From the NCBI GenBank assembly GCA_951406725.2, contig OX597842.1:1116001-1180000 (forward strand): a stretch of DNA of 64,000 nucleotides. Direction: 5' to 3'. This DNA is from Octopus vulgaris. Its lineage: Eukaryota. Below the pieces are notes generated by a model. The model had not been told where the DNA came from, did no database searches, and was given only the letters and a program-made list of their open reading frames with translations. The position numbers and the translations under genes were made by a program. How positions within the stretch are numbered: the first letter of the stretch is position 1; each line of letters begins with the position of its first letter. Positions 25,935 through 38,352 of this stretch are shown piece by piece.

Positions 25935-26510
25935 TGTTTAGCACTTGCTAAACAGCAGCAAAAGCAAATTCATGGACTTAGTGTTGAAAATTGAAGGATA
26001 CTATATCCTATGCGTTGGAAGAGGGCTCCTCATGAAGTACTCTCTCCCATGCAACCCCAAATCAGCTGGACCAGCATACCTCAAAGAAGATCTGGAAGTG
26101 AAATGCTCAGAATACCAAAACCAAGACCATGCATGGGTAGGTTTCTCATAGACTTGAAGAAGATAGTAACATTGACAGGAAGTGAAGATTGATAGATAAA
26201 TAGATAGGATGATAGATAGATAGATAGACAGACAGATAAACAGACAGGAAGTGAAGCCTTTTCTGTGACTGCTACATCACACTTCGAAGGCTATGCATTT
26301 GCAATCAAAGAACAGAAGACTGCATCTAAATACCTAATCAACAAAAGTGGCAGTGAAGCCCTTGGAGTTCCAAGATGCAACCATAAATGTAGATTATGTT
26401 ATATTTCTGTGGAAGACATTCCATATGTGATCAGCAGCTGCCCAAAAATGCCATCAAAGGATTACATCTCTATACGACCTGACATAATCGCAAAAACAAT
26501 ATACATATCA
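25935..26510 (+). mobile_element. R4/Dong-type non-LTR retrotransposon fragment (post-RT region and CCHC knuckle)
   Basis: TSHFEGYAFAIKEQ...KCRLCYISVEDIPYVISSCPKMPSKDYISIRPDIIAK. Confidence 0.75.
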
Positions 26511-26757
26511 AAAACAACTGCAGTGTGGAAGGTGTTTATAAGCCATTTATGAAACACACAAAACCGTTAGATCCACTTCAACATTTAAATTTAATTTGCC
26601 AAAATATTTTCATCGCTTTGAGGCAGCGACCTGTTCACTGACAAAATTCCATGTGGCATCTTAAATGGCTTATAAACACCTTCCACGCTGCAATTGTTTT
26701 CATTCCAGCACACAATCTCAGATCAGGTCACTTGCTATGCAAGTACATCTCCATAAT
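26511..26757. mobile_element. Penelope-like fold-back insert: arms 26511-26549 / 26662-26700 plus extension; extension also at ~15387-15450
   Basis: Inverted arms enclose a hammerhead-fold motif. Confidence 0.65.
26595..26645 (-). ncRNA. Type-I hammerhead ribozyme fold with G3-C8 swapped core
   Basis: UUUGUCA-GUGAACA-G-GUCGCU(GCCUCAA)AGCGAU-GAA-AAUAUU-U-UGGCAAA. Confidence 0.65.
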
Positions 26758-27034
26758 ATACATATCATAGCCATATATAGAGGGGAATTCTTTGGAGTTT
26801 GAATAATTCACCTTTGGAACATGAGTGTTTTGTTCAACATCCTTAAACAACCCTTATTCAGGAACCTTTTGAGTGGAATAGGCTACTCGGCCTGAAGAAA
26901 ATTCTAACTGGGCCCCACCTGTAAGGTCATGTGCTGGTTATCTTGATATGAGATCACTATGTCGTGCCTGATGTACCCTTTTGGGAAAAAGACTGTTCTG
27001 GAATGAATTATAGAGAATCCCCTTGTTACTGAAT

Positions 27035-27257
27035 ACTCTTTTCTCTTTTACTCTTTTACTTGTTTCAGTCATTTTGACTGTGGCCATGCTAGAGCACCAC
27101 CTTTAGTCGAGCAAATCGACCCCAGGACTTATTCTCTGTAAGCCTAGTACTTATTCTATCGGTCTCTTTTGCCAAACCGCTAAGTTATGGGGACATAAAC
27201 ACACCAGCATCGGTTGTCAAGCAATGTTGGGTGGAAAAACACAGACACACAAACATG

Positions 27258-27297
<40 letters not shown>

Positions 27298-27475
27298 CAT
27301 ATATACGACAGGCTTCTTTCAGTTTCCCTCTACCAAAGGCTTTTCATCTACACAAGGCTTTGGTTGGCCCGAGACTATAGTAGAAGACACCTGCCCAAGG
27401 TACCACGCAGTGGACAGAACCCGGAACCATGTGGTTTGTAAGCAAGCTACTTACCACACAAACACTCCTACGCCT
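27035..27475 (-). mobile_element. SINE family A
   Basis: Full copy. Confidence 0.9.
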
Positions 27476-27662
27476 ATAACATACACAAATACCAGCGCAA
27501 GGAATACTGGTGGAATATTCCTGTCAAATGTAAACATAACAAACTGGATATTGTTGTTTGGGACAGACAAGAGAAAGTATGTACCATCATAGAGGTCAGC
27601 TGTCTTGCCAATGTGAACATCTCTTTGAAAATCAAAGAGAAAGAAAATAATTATGGACAACT

Positions 27663-27829
27663 TAGGCGCAGGAGTGGCTGTGTGGTAAGTGGCTTGCTTA
27701 CGAACCACATGGTTCCGGGTTCAGTCCCACTGCGTGGCACCTTGGGCAAGTGTCTTCTACTATAGCCTCAGGCCGACCAATGCCTTGTGAGTGGATTTGG
27801 TAGATGGAAACTGAAAGAAGCCCGTCATA

Positions 27830-27886
<57 letters not shown>

Positions 27887-28097
27887 TTGTGTGTCTGCGT
27901 TTGTCCTCCTAGCATTGCTTGACAACCGATGCTGGTGTGTTTATGTCCCCGTCACTTAGCGGTTCAGCAAAAGAGACTGATAAAATAAGTACTGGGCTTA
28001 CAAAGAATAAGTCCTGGGGTCGAGTTACTCGACTAAAGGCGGTGCTACAGCATGGCTGCAGTCAAATGACTGAAACAAGTAAAAGAGTAAAAGAGTA
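27663..28097 (+). mobile_element. SINE family A
   Basis: Full copy: AGGCGCAGGAGTGGCTGTGTGGTAAG...GGTTCAGTCCC...AAAAGAGTAAAAGAG. Confidence 0.92.
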
Positions 28098-28158
28098 ACT
28101 GCTTCAGAACTGCCAGCTTCTATATCTGGATTACAAATTTACATTTATATCAATAATA

Positions 28159-28505
28159 TTGGGTTGTCCGGAAAGTTCATGCCGATTTATAGTAGCTTAC
28201 CTTTCGACTTATTTTAGAACATGGTTGAGTCCATAAAATAGGATTTGACTACACCTCCATTTAGAGCACAGTTTAAGCTATCTTTTCGTGGGAAGAAGGT
28301 TTATGTTCCTATAATCTGTGTTAATTCTGTAACCCTTTAAAATTGGAAGATAAGAAAGTTCATTTTCGGTACTTGATGCTTTGGGAACCAGACAGAAATT
28401 GCTGCAGCTCAGCGCTGGGATGTGTTACCCCACCCTCCATATTCACCAGATATTGCTCCTTTGGATTTCCACTTATTCAGGTCTCTGCAGGATAGTCTTA
28501 ATGGT
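28159..28505 (+). mobile_element. Internally deleted mariner, same family as 1-678; 5' TIR present, 3' truncated
   Basis: TA|TTGGGTTGTCCGGAAAGTTCATGCCGATTT; encodes WDVLPHPPYSPDIAPLDFHLFRSLQ. Confidence 0.88.
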
Positions 28506-30200
28506 CTAGACTACCTCCACTCCCAAGGGACCAATGTCTGACCCACATGTCTCTTTCATTTCACGGTGGCTCTCCCTATCAATGAGCAAATGTCTCAAAT
28601 AAAGGGAAACACTCTCACCCGGCAAGTTCACCCTTCGACCTTTTTCACTAGTGGTGCTTTCCTTGCCTCGTATAACAATGCAAAAGCTGTTTTTTGCGGG
28701 GCAGGGGTTGGGGGATTTGAGGCTCCTGTGTGTTTGTAAGTGTACCTGTATGTGCAGGTTCTGGGTCAGTGTCTGGGGCTGGGTGAGGGATGGTGTCTGT
28801 GGGAGTAGGGTGGAGGCTAGTATCCATGGAGTGGTTATTCCTCCTCTTTCACCTTTTCTTCTTGGAGATGTTGGTCCGTCGTTTTCCTCTGGCACCTTTA
28901 TCCCTTTCTCATCACATTTCTCCTCCATCTCTGCATTTGTCACTGTATGAGGTAGAGGTGCAGTTTCCTTCACCACTGGAGGTACCACAGGTGCTTTTGC
29001 AGGAGGTGGAGAGCATTCTGCTCTTATGTGGCCTTTCTAGCCACACTTGAAGCATTGAGGTTTCCTGCCCTTCACCACTACCCTCAATCTCGTCACCCAC
29101 CAAAATGGTGTCCACCATATTTTCTATCTCCTCTGGGGCAGCTGGGATGATCATCTCCAGACCCTGCCCTAGTCAGTTTTGCTTTGATATTCTTGATGCT
29201 TGGAGGATTGTTATCCTCTCCTCCAAGCCTAATGATATCACTGCTGCCAGCCAGGCAACATCCACCTCTGGTGGGATTTCTTTGACGTTTACTCTAGAAG
29301 TTCACCTTCCAAGGTATGGTGGTAGTAGAATCACTTAAAAGGCGGCGAGGAGCTGGCAGAATCGTTAGCACGCTGGGTGAAATGCTTAGAAGTATTTCGT
29401 CTACCGTTACGTTCTGAGTTCAAATTCTGCCGAGGTCGACTTTGCCTGTCATCCTTTCGGGGTCAATAAATTAAGTACCAGTTACGCACTGGGGTCGATG
29501 TAATCGACTTAATACCTATGTCTGTCCTTGTTTGTCCCCTCTGTGTTTAGCCCCTTGTGGGTAGTAAAGAAATAGGTAGTAGAATCACTTCTTCGGTCTT
29601 CAGGGAGGCCACAGAGTGTTGCCTGGCAATTTCCTCCGTTTGAAACCCCTCTTCCACCGAAGCATATTTGTAACCCCTGGCCAGGTATGCAATTTCAGGC
29701 CAGATCAGTCTCAAGCACTTCTTGATTTGAACCTTTGTTGCCACATGTATATTTTTCTCTTTGACTAAAAACATTAAAAATATTTTCTTCAACGTATCTT
29801 CACTAACTCTGCAAGGAGGAGTCAGTTCAATTTTGTGCCCCTCCTTTTTTGAACAAGTCTTTGTACTTCATTAAATTCTGCATTTCAAACTCTATCTCAT
29901 ATTTCAAAGTGTTGGCTGCAGCTGCAAAACTTTGATACTTTTCCTGTTGATATTCATTATCCTTTTCCCTCTTGACAGCTCCTTGTCTCTGTTATCCAAG
30001 AATTCCATTAATTCATTCTCCAACGAATCCACATCAGAAAGACTTAACCTTTCACAACCAGTGTTCATGATATACCAAAAGCGCTTCCCCACTCAAACAA
30101 GAAGAAAACAACAACAGGACCACCAGAAAGCAGTAAAACAGTGGTGCATTAAACATACACAATAACAATATTCAACAATTCAACAATCGTAATATAACAA
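28506..30200 (-). mobile_element. Decayed ORF1 (gag-like) of a Tx1/L1-type LINE, split by a SINE
   Basis: Zinc knuckle GRKPQCFKCG*KGHIRAEC at ~29012-29069. The reading frame continues across the SINE. Confidence 0.7.
29337..29574 (+). mobile_element. SINE family B, full length, with 16-bp TSD
   Basis: GGTAGTAGAATCACTT at 29321-29336 and 29575-29590; tRNA-like A/B boxes (TGGCAGAATCGTTAG, GAGTTCAAATTC). Confidence 0.92.
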
Positions 30201-30326
30201 GCAAACAAGCAACACTGACACTAAATAATGACACTAACTCTTGGCATAAAGTAAAAAGAATGGATAGCTCAAGCCATCACTACATGCATTTCAGTAGCAT
30301 GGCTATTTATTCAAGAATGCATAGTA

Positions 30327-30671
30327 TCTGAGACCCCTTTCAGTCACGACACAGACCATGGGATTGCATGAAGAAAGTTACCCTCCCAGGCACATATCCG
30401 GGCAAGGTTGTTTATGGAAGACCAGCAGTCGCCCATGTATACCGGCCTCCCCTCCTCATGCCACTGATGTTATCCAAGGGAAAGGCAAAGGGGCTGATAC
30501 AGTTTGGCACCTGTGACGTCGCAACTCATTTCTACAGCTGAGTGAACTGGAGCAACATGAAATAAAGTGTCTTGCTCAAGAACACAACATGCAACCCAGT
30601 CCGGGATTCGAGCTCACAACCTTACGATCGTAAGCTTGACGCTCTAACCACTGAACCATGTGCCTTCACAC
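30327..30671 (-). mobile_element. SINE family C (tRNA head plus CORE-like GTGTTCTTGAGCAAGACAC) with 11-bp TSD
   Basis: AATGCATAGTA at 30316-30326 and 30672-30682. Relatives at 35393-35638, 46543-46790, 52300-52775 and 57045-57215. Confidence 0.85.
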
Positions 30672-31130
30672 AATGCATAGTAATTAGGCAATATTACACA
30701 GCTACACATAACTTCACCTGATGAAATGACATGGCTATGAAGTTATGTAATCTTGGGTAATTGTTATATACTATTGAATAAATAACCATGCCATCGAAAC
30801 CTGTGTAGCAATATGTGGAGTCATATGTTCTGATTTTCTTTACTACATTATACATTGCCTAATATGTAGTAGTTATCTCACTGATACAAAATTAGAGTTG
30901 CAAAATGACTGGAATCATTAAACAAATGTCTATCTTCTGAGGGACTGCTCTATATTGACCGATTGAATGACTTGGAAAGTTTATGGAGTCCCTTTGGAAC
31001 AAACTGTTAGACTGATATAGGTGAAAGTGCTACAAAGCTAATTGCCAAGACCAATTGATTGATCAATTAATTAATCTACCTACCTACCTACCTGCCTGCC
31101 TGCCTGCCTGCCTGCCTGTCTGTTTGTGTG

Positions 31131-31163
<33 letters not shown>

Positions 31164-31515
31164 ATATATATATTTATTTCAAAATGCGCCAGCTAAGATA
31201 AGTTAAACTGTCTAAAGTCGTAAGACACCCACTGTTTTTGTCCTGTTATTACTATTCTTGTCTTTTATTTTTGTTTTTGTATCTATATTCGTGTGGCATC
31301 GTCCGTTTTTCTGTACTTGTTTTGTATACATTCGATCTTTTTTCCAAGAAATCTAATGCTCATGGCTTAGTTTTTCCTTAGGGGATGGCCATAAGGATTA
31401 ATCAGGAGAATTCAGTATGATCCGGTTATACTGAAGATTAAGGTATAATGACCCATCCGTTTTTTTGTCGTTAAGTGGTTTTGCATTCTTGTCCCATTTT
31501 GTATTTTTATATATA

Positions 31516-31565
<50 letters not shown>

Positions 31566-31687
31566 TTGCAGATATAGGGTAAAGAATTATTAATTTAATA
31601 ATTAATCAATTTTACCAAGTAGTTTCAGTAAGGAGAAAAAAGACCATTATCAGTTATAAATTGTACAAAAAGTTTATATATATATAT

Positions 31688-31925
31688 ATAAATATAATTA
31701 AGGGTTTAGTAACAAGTTGCTTCACCACATACTGAAAACTTAGAAATAGCAGCCAAAAGACAGCTAATTCTATTAACTACAAATATTCTGTGGAGTCACA
31801 AATATGTCTGTGGAGTCACAAATATTATTTGTAGCTAAAGAAATTAGCTGTCTTTGGCTGCTGTTTCTAAATTTTCAGTATGTGGTGAAGCAACTTGTTA
31901 CCAAACCCTTAATTATATTTATAAA
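31688..31925. repeat. Fold-back element in (TA)n with ~95-bp arms
   Basis: AATATAATTAAGGGTTT.GTAACAAGTTGCTTCACCACATACTGAAAA and its reverse complement. Confidence 0.85.
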
Positions 31926-31951
31926 TAAATATATATATATAGATATATATA

Positions 31952-32522
31952 TAGTGGTTGTATACTGTCAACTTAACGTGACAGTAGTAGGGATTACACC
32001 ACCGCTGTTTAGCCCTAGAAGCATCAACACTTCCTGTTGGCTTTGACACATTTCTGTGTCCTTATATATTTACGAAGGGAGACAAACACCCCCAACAGCT
32101 AGGCCTGCATCTAGAGACACGCATGTTTCAGGGTCTTTGCCCATCATCGGTCTAGAGTAGCAGAGGGTATTTGTCTCCCCTTCGTAAATATATAAGGACA
32201 CAGGAAATGTATCGAAGCCGACAGGAAGCGTCGAGGCTTCCTAAGGCTAAACAGCGGTGGTGTAATTCCCTACTGTCACGTTAACCCTTTAGCATTCAGA
32301 TTATTCTGTCAAATGTAAAGCTTATGTATTCACACCATGTAAAATTAATCTTGCATCATTTCATGGCTTTGAGATTTCAATGATGTGATTGTTTATTTTT
32401 AAAATGACACAATAAGGTAGCTATGAATGACTATATCTGACTAGTCTGAACATAAAATATTTTGGCCGAATATGGCCGGTTTAAACACTAAAGGGTTAAG
32501 TTGATAGTATACAACCACTCTA
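31952..32522. mobile_element. Long-TIR MITE/fold-back with a piggyBac MITE in its right arm
   Basis: TAGTGGTTGTATACTGTCAACTTAACGTGACAGTAG versus CTACTGTCACG-TTAA[insert]TTAA-GTTGATAGTATACAACCACT. Confidence 0.85.
32285..32495. mobile_element. piggyBac-type MITE with TTAA TSD
   Basis: TTAA|CCCTTTAGCATT...AACACTAAAGGG|TTAA. Confidence 0.9.
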
Positions 32523-32571
32523 TCGCCCCACCACCGTACATATCTCTATGAGATATTTAGAAATTTAATAT

Positions 32572-32614
<43 letters not shown>

Positions 32615-33060
32615 AGGAGGTATCCAAAAGTTCCTGGACTGGTTCTGTAGCACACTAACAGATGGCAGCACATGGTTGCATGTGCAGTGAGAGCTAGCAG
32701 TGACCTGTCTTTACTTTGCAAGTTGTGAAATTTGTGCTTTTGGGATCACACGTATGCTATAGTCTGCAATTTCTGTCTTGGACAGGAAGTTGGAACAAAG
32801 AACCAAAGTGAAATTTTGCATTGAACATGGGAAGTCTTCTACAGAGACATTGAGCATGCTCTGGCAAACTTACAATAATGAAGGTAATGGGTTATATGCA
32901 ATGTTTCAAATGGCATTGGTGCTTCAAAAGTGGAAGAATGTCTCTGAAACATGATTAGGGATCTGGAAAACCTGCCACGATTGTGAGCCCCAGAAATGTG
33001 TAGAAAATTCATCAGCATGAACATGAGAATCATTGGAGAACAACCAACGAGATTATCGAT

Positions 33061-33249
33061 ATACATTATTTACATTGTTTACATTATTTACAATTGACAG
33101 ATATTTGTCCTCATCTTGTTTGTTGTTAACACAACGTTTCGGCTGATATACCCTCCAGCCTTCATCAGGTGTCTTGGGGAAATTTCGAACCTGGGTTCTC
33201 ATTCCTAAAGTATTCTTCGATGTTATTATTATTATTATTATTATTACTA

Positions 33250-33305
<56 letters not shown>

Positions 33306-33554
33306 GTTCAGGTCACTGCTTGGAAGTGAACTCGGAATCTTGGGGTTAATAGTAATAATAACAACAACAACATTGAAAAATACCTTATGAATGAGAACCC
33401 AGGTTCGAAATTTCCGCAAGACACCTGATGAAGGCTGGAGGGTATATCAGCCGAAACGTGTTAAAAACAAACAAGATGAGGACAAATATCTGTCAAATGT
33501 AAATAATGTAAACAATGTAAATAATGTTCATAATTCCTCATCTCTTAAATATAG
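33061..33554. mobile_element. Penelope-like fold-back insert with ~165-bp arms and an apparent 15-bp TSD
   Basis: Arms ~33065-33230 / 33361-33528. AACGA(G/T)ATTAT(C/T)GAT at 33046-33060 and 33555-33569. Confidence 0.8.
33128..33173 (-). ncRNA. Type-I hammerhead ribozyme motif; the plus copy at 33420-33462 lacks the cleavage triplet
   Basis: GACAC-CUGAUGA-A-GGCUG(GAGGGUAUAU)CAGCC-GAAA-CG-UU-GUGUU. Confidence 0.78.
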
Positions 33555-34380
33555 AACGATATTATTGATGTCCTTGGTCAAGCATTTTTGGGCTCATGCA
33601 GGTAATCCTAAAGTCTGAACTGAATATGCAGCCTGTCTGTGCCAAGTTTGTCCCTCGCCTGCTGACCACTAAGCAGCAAGAACATCATGTCAAACCCTAC
33701 CGATATCTCCATCAATGTGCCACTGATGACCCATCCTTCATGACAGGGATCATGACTGATAACGAGAGTTGGGTCTACGGGTTCAACCCTGAGGCAAAGC
33801 AGCGGTCATCACAATGGAAGAGCCCTTTATCTCTATGACCAAATAAGGCACAACAGAGCCTCAGCTCAATCAAGAACATGCCCGTTTTTATTTTGACATC
33901 TGTGGTATTGTGTATCGAGAATTTGTTCCCCCCAGGGCCAGATGGTCAATCGAAAGTTCAACTGTGACATTTTGAGACAGTTAAGGGAAGCATTCAGCAA
34001 AAGTGATTGGATCGGTGGAGGACCCTGTCAAAGAGTTCTCCTCACTTGTGAATTTCTTGCCAAAAAACAACATGGTATTTCTTCCATACCTGCCTTATTC
34101 ACCAGATTTAGCACCTGAAGACTTCTATCTCTTCCTCAAGATAAAAAAGCAGCTTAAAATTGCTGTTTTAACACCACCGTCAAAATCTAGAGCGATTTGC
34201 AGAAAGTCCTTGACTCACTGACAGTAAACGACTTCCAGGGTAGACTCCAAAAGTGGCAGGAATACTGGGACTGGTGCATTGCTGTGCAAGGTGACTATTT
34301 CAAAGGGGATGATGTTAAAACAGGTAGATAAGGTAATTTTTATTGAACATAATTAATCCAGGAACCTTTTGATGACACCT

Positions 34381-34925
34381 CATCATCATCATCATCATCA
34401 TCGTTTAACATCTGTTTTCCATGCTAGCGTGGGTTGGACGGTTCAACTGGGGTCTGGGAAGCCAAGAAGCTGTGCCAAGCCCCAGTCTGATCTGGCAATG
34501 TTTCTACAGCTGAACGCCCTTCCTAACGCCAACCACTCCATGAGTGTTGTGGGTGCTTTTTACGTGCCACCGGCATGGGGGCCTGGGGAGACTGGCCAAA
34601 CGGCCACAATCGGTTGGTGTTTTTTACATGTCACCGACATGAACACCAGTCAGGTGGCGCTGGCATCAGCCATGTTCGGATGGTACTTTTTACCTGACAC
34701 CATCAAAGGTATCTTAACTACAATTTCCATTTGATTTTTATTTTGATGTTGGTGTTGATGTACTTGACTCAATGGGTCTCCTCAAGAACAGTGGGTCCCT
34801 CTACGATCCAAGGTTAGCAGAGCAGGTCATCCTGCGAACCATGAACTCACTTTATTTGTTGGGTCTTTGCAGTTACAGCATATCTCAGGTCTCGGTCGTT
34901 TGTCATTTCCTCTGTGAGGCCCAAT
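34381..34925 (-). mobile_element. RTE R1 3' end (last codons, UTR and tail)
   Basis: GLTEEMTNDRDLRYAVTAKTQQIK* followed by the UTR and (GAT)n. Confidence 0.8.
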
Positions 34926-34956
34926 GTATGTATAATATATATATGTGTGTATATAT

Positions 34957-35392
34957 ACTCTTTTACTTGTTTCAGTAATTTGACTGTGGCCATGCTGGAG
35001 CACCGCCTTTAGTTAAGCAAATCAACCCCAGGACTTATTTTTTGTAAGCCTAGTGCTTATTCTATCGGTCCCTTTTGCAATGTTGGGGACACACACACAC
35101 AAACACAAACACAGACATACAATCGTATACACACACACATACATATATAAACACACCAGCATCGGTTGTCAAGCAATGCTAGGGGGACAAACACAGACAC
35201 ACATACACACACACACACATATATATATATACATATATACGACAGGCTTCTTCCAGTTTCCATCTACCAAATCCACTCACAATGCTTTGGTCGGCCTGAG
35301 GCTATAGTTAGAGACACTTGCCCAATTTTCGACGCAGTGGGACTGAACCTGGAACCATGTGGTTGGTAAGCAAGCTTCTTACCACACAGCCA
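34957..35392 (-). mobile_element. SINE family A
   Basis: Similar to other copies in the window. Confidence 0.85.
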
Positions 35393-35649
35393 GATATAGA
35401 GTACAGCTCCTTCCTAAGTTATGTAGGCTCATAGGAATGGTTTTCCAGTTTCTAGGGTGTATTTATACTCAACCAGGATAGGATGCCTGTCCATTGCAGT
35501 GTTACTCATTTTTGCCAGCCGAGTGGACTGGAGCAATGTGAAAATGAAGACCACAACACATTGCCTGGTCCAGGAATCGAAATCACAATCTTACGATAAC
35601 GAACCTGACACTCCTACTACTAAGTCATGCATTTCCACTATACAGGGGT

Positions 35650-35724
35650 ATATATATATACACACATACATGTATATTTACATATATACATTATATATGT
35701 ATATATATATATCTACATATCCAT

Positions 35725-35773
<49 letters not shown>

Positions 35774-36041
35774 GTGTGTGTGTTTGTGTGTATATTTCTG
35801 TTAATATATTATATATTGCAGCACAACACGTGCCCTATTATGAAAAGGTGTGTGAATGGTTTATGAGTACAACAACCAAACAACAAAAGCAAAAAAAAAA
35901 AGAAGAAAAGAATATAACAAACAAACACAAATATGAAGGTGTAGGTTAGAAGTAAAGAAAGGTATGATACAGTGTCTATACATAGACATATATATATATA
36001 TATATACATATACACACACACACATTTAGACATATACATAC

Positions 36042-36082
<41 letters not shown>

Positions 36083-36425
36083 AACATATATATATATATA
36101 TACACACATACATATATATGTGTATATAGCAATACATGAAGATATGTATGAATATATAGTCATCTATGTGTCTATATACATCATTGCAAATGTGCATATG
36201 TATATATGCATATATATTTATATGTGTGCGTATGTATATTTATATATATACGTATATACATATATATATATATGTATATCCTTATACATATGTAGGTTTG
36301 TAATGTAAGTGTAGATTTCTGTATATGTATGTGTATGTGTGTATGTATCATCGAATGTATACTGAATAATGTGTGTGTGTGTGTGTGTGGATGTATACAT
36401 GTGTGGATGTATACATGTGTGTATG

Positions 36426-36469
<44 letters not shown>

Positions 36470-37483
36470 CAAATAAATATATGAACATATCTTGTGTTTA
36501 TACACACACACCCATGTATATACATACGTGTTTGTACTATGCATGTGTACATACATGTATATACATATGTATATCCATACTGATGTACACACACACCTCC
36601 ATATATAAAAACATATATATATATACGTGTGTGTGTGTGTGTGTGTGTGTGTGTATTATGTATGTATATATATATATATACATGTAAATATATATACACA
36701 CACACACACATTTAGACATATACATACATACATAAATATATATATATATATATACACATAAACATATATATATATATATATATACACACATACATATATA
36801 TGTGTATATAGGAATACATGAAGATATGTATGAATATATAGGCATATATGTGTCTATATACATCATTGCAAGTGTGCATATGTATATATGCATATATATA
36901 TGTGTGTGTGTGTGTGTGCGTATTATGTATGTATATATATATATATATATATATACATATATGCTCACATATATATATACACATATATATGTATATATAT
37001 GTGTGTATATATACATATATATTATGTATGTATATATATATATACACACACACATATACATACATATATACACACACACATATACATACATACATACATA
37101 CATACATACACACACGTATATATATAGCCTAAAAGGAGAAGGTTGAGGATGTTCCTGATTCATACATACTTTGTTTCTTTTTTGGGGGGTTTTATATATA
37201 TACAGTTTAATTTTGTTTTCTTTCTTTGACAAGAAATGGATGCAAAGATTCCGAAGAATGGCATTCATATTAAGAGGTGCGTAAATATGTTTGTTTGTCT
37301 GCATATGTTTGTGTGTGTGTGTGTGTGTGTATGTGTGTGTGTGTAGGTATATGTGTATGTCTTATGTATATCCTTGTACGTATGTAGGTTTGTAATGTAA
37401 GTGTAGATTTCTGTATATGTATGTGTATGTGTGGATGTATCACTGAATATATATATGATATATATATATATATATATGTACAG

Positions 37484-37539
<56 letters not shown>

Positions 37540-37772
37540 GTATGTATGATGTATGTATGTATATCTGTGTGGATGTATACATGTGTGTATACACACACAC
37601 ATACACACATATATATATTTACATACAAATAAATATATGAATGTATCATGTGTTTATACACACACACACAAATACACATGTATACACATACATATATGCA
37701 CTATGCATGTGTACATACATGTATATACGTATGTGTATCCATACTGATATATACACACATCTACATATATAA

Positions 37773-37805
<33 letters not shown>

Positions 37806-38352
37806 CATACATAAATATATGTGTACATATATAAATATACATACACACACACATATAAATATATATGCATGTATATGAATATATATACACACATACACGT
37901 ACATAAATATACGTGTACATACATTTATAAATATACGTACACACACATATATAAATATATATATGAATATACATATATACACACACACATACACATATAT
38001 ATATGTACATAAATATATGTGTACATATATAAATATACATACACACACTCATATAAATATATATAAATATATATATGAATATACATATATACACACACAC
38101 ATATATATATACATACATAAATATATGTGTACATACATTTATAAATATACATACACACATATAAATATATATGAATATATATGCATTTATATGAATATAT
38201 ATATACACACACACGTATATAAATATATGTGTACATACATATATAAATATACATACCCACACATATAAATAAATAAATAAATATATATGAATATATATGC
38301 ATGTATATGAACATACATATACACATGCACACACACACATATATACACATAT
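35650..38352. repeat. Compound (TA)/(CA)/(TG) microsatellite domain with internal block duplications
   Basis: Seen directly; short unique islands at ~35800-35975 and 37125-37300. Confidence 0.95.

Larger units (their letters stand above)
32613..34381 (+). mobile_element. Near full-length decayed mariner transposon, interrupted at 33061-33554
   Basis: Imperfect TIRs (GAGGAGGTATCCAAAAGTTCCTGGA / TCCAGGAACCTTTTGATGACACCTC). Motifs CAKFVPRLL, TDNESWVY and PYSPDLAPEDFYLF. Confidence 0.9.

Noticed and set aside
27663-27740. tRNA genes at SINE heads
   Set aside because: A/B-box similarity only; they run directly into SINE bodies and no convincing cloverleaf is seen.
30717-30755. CTGATGA at the centre of a fold-back (also CTGAAGA at 15921 and CTGAAAA...GAAA at 31732)
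   Set aside because: No complete stem II/GAAA/NUH/stem I arrangement.
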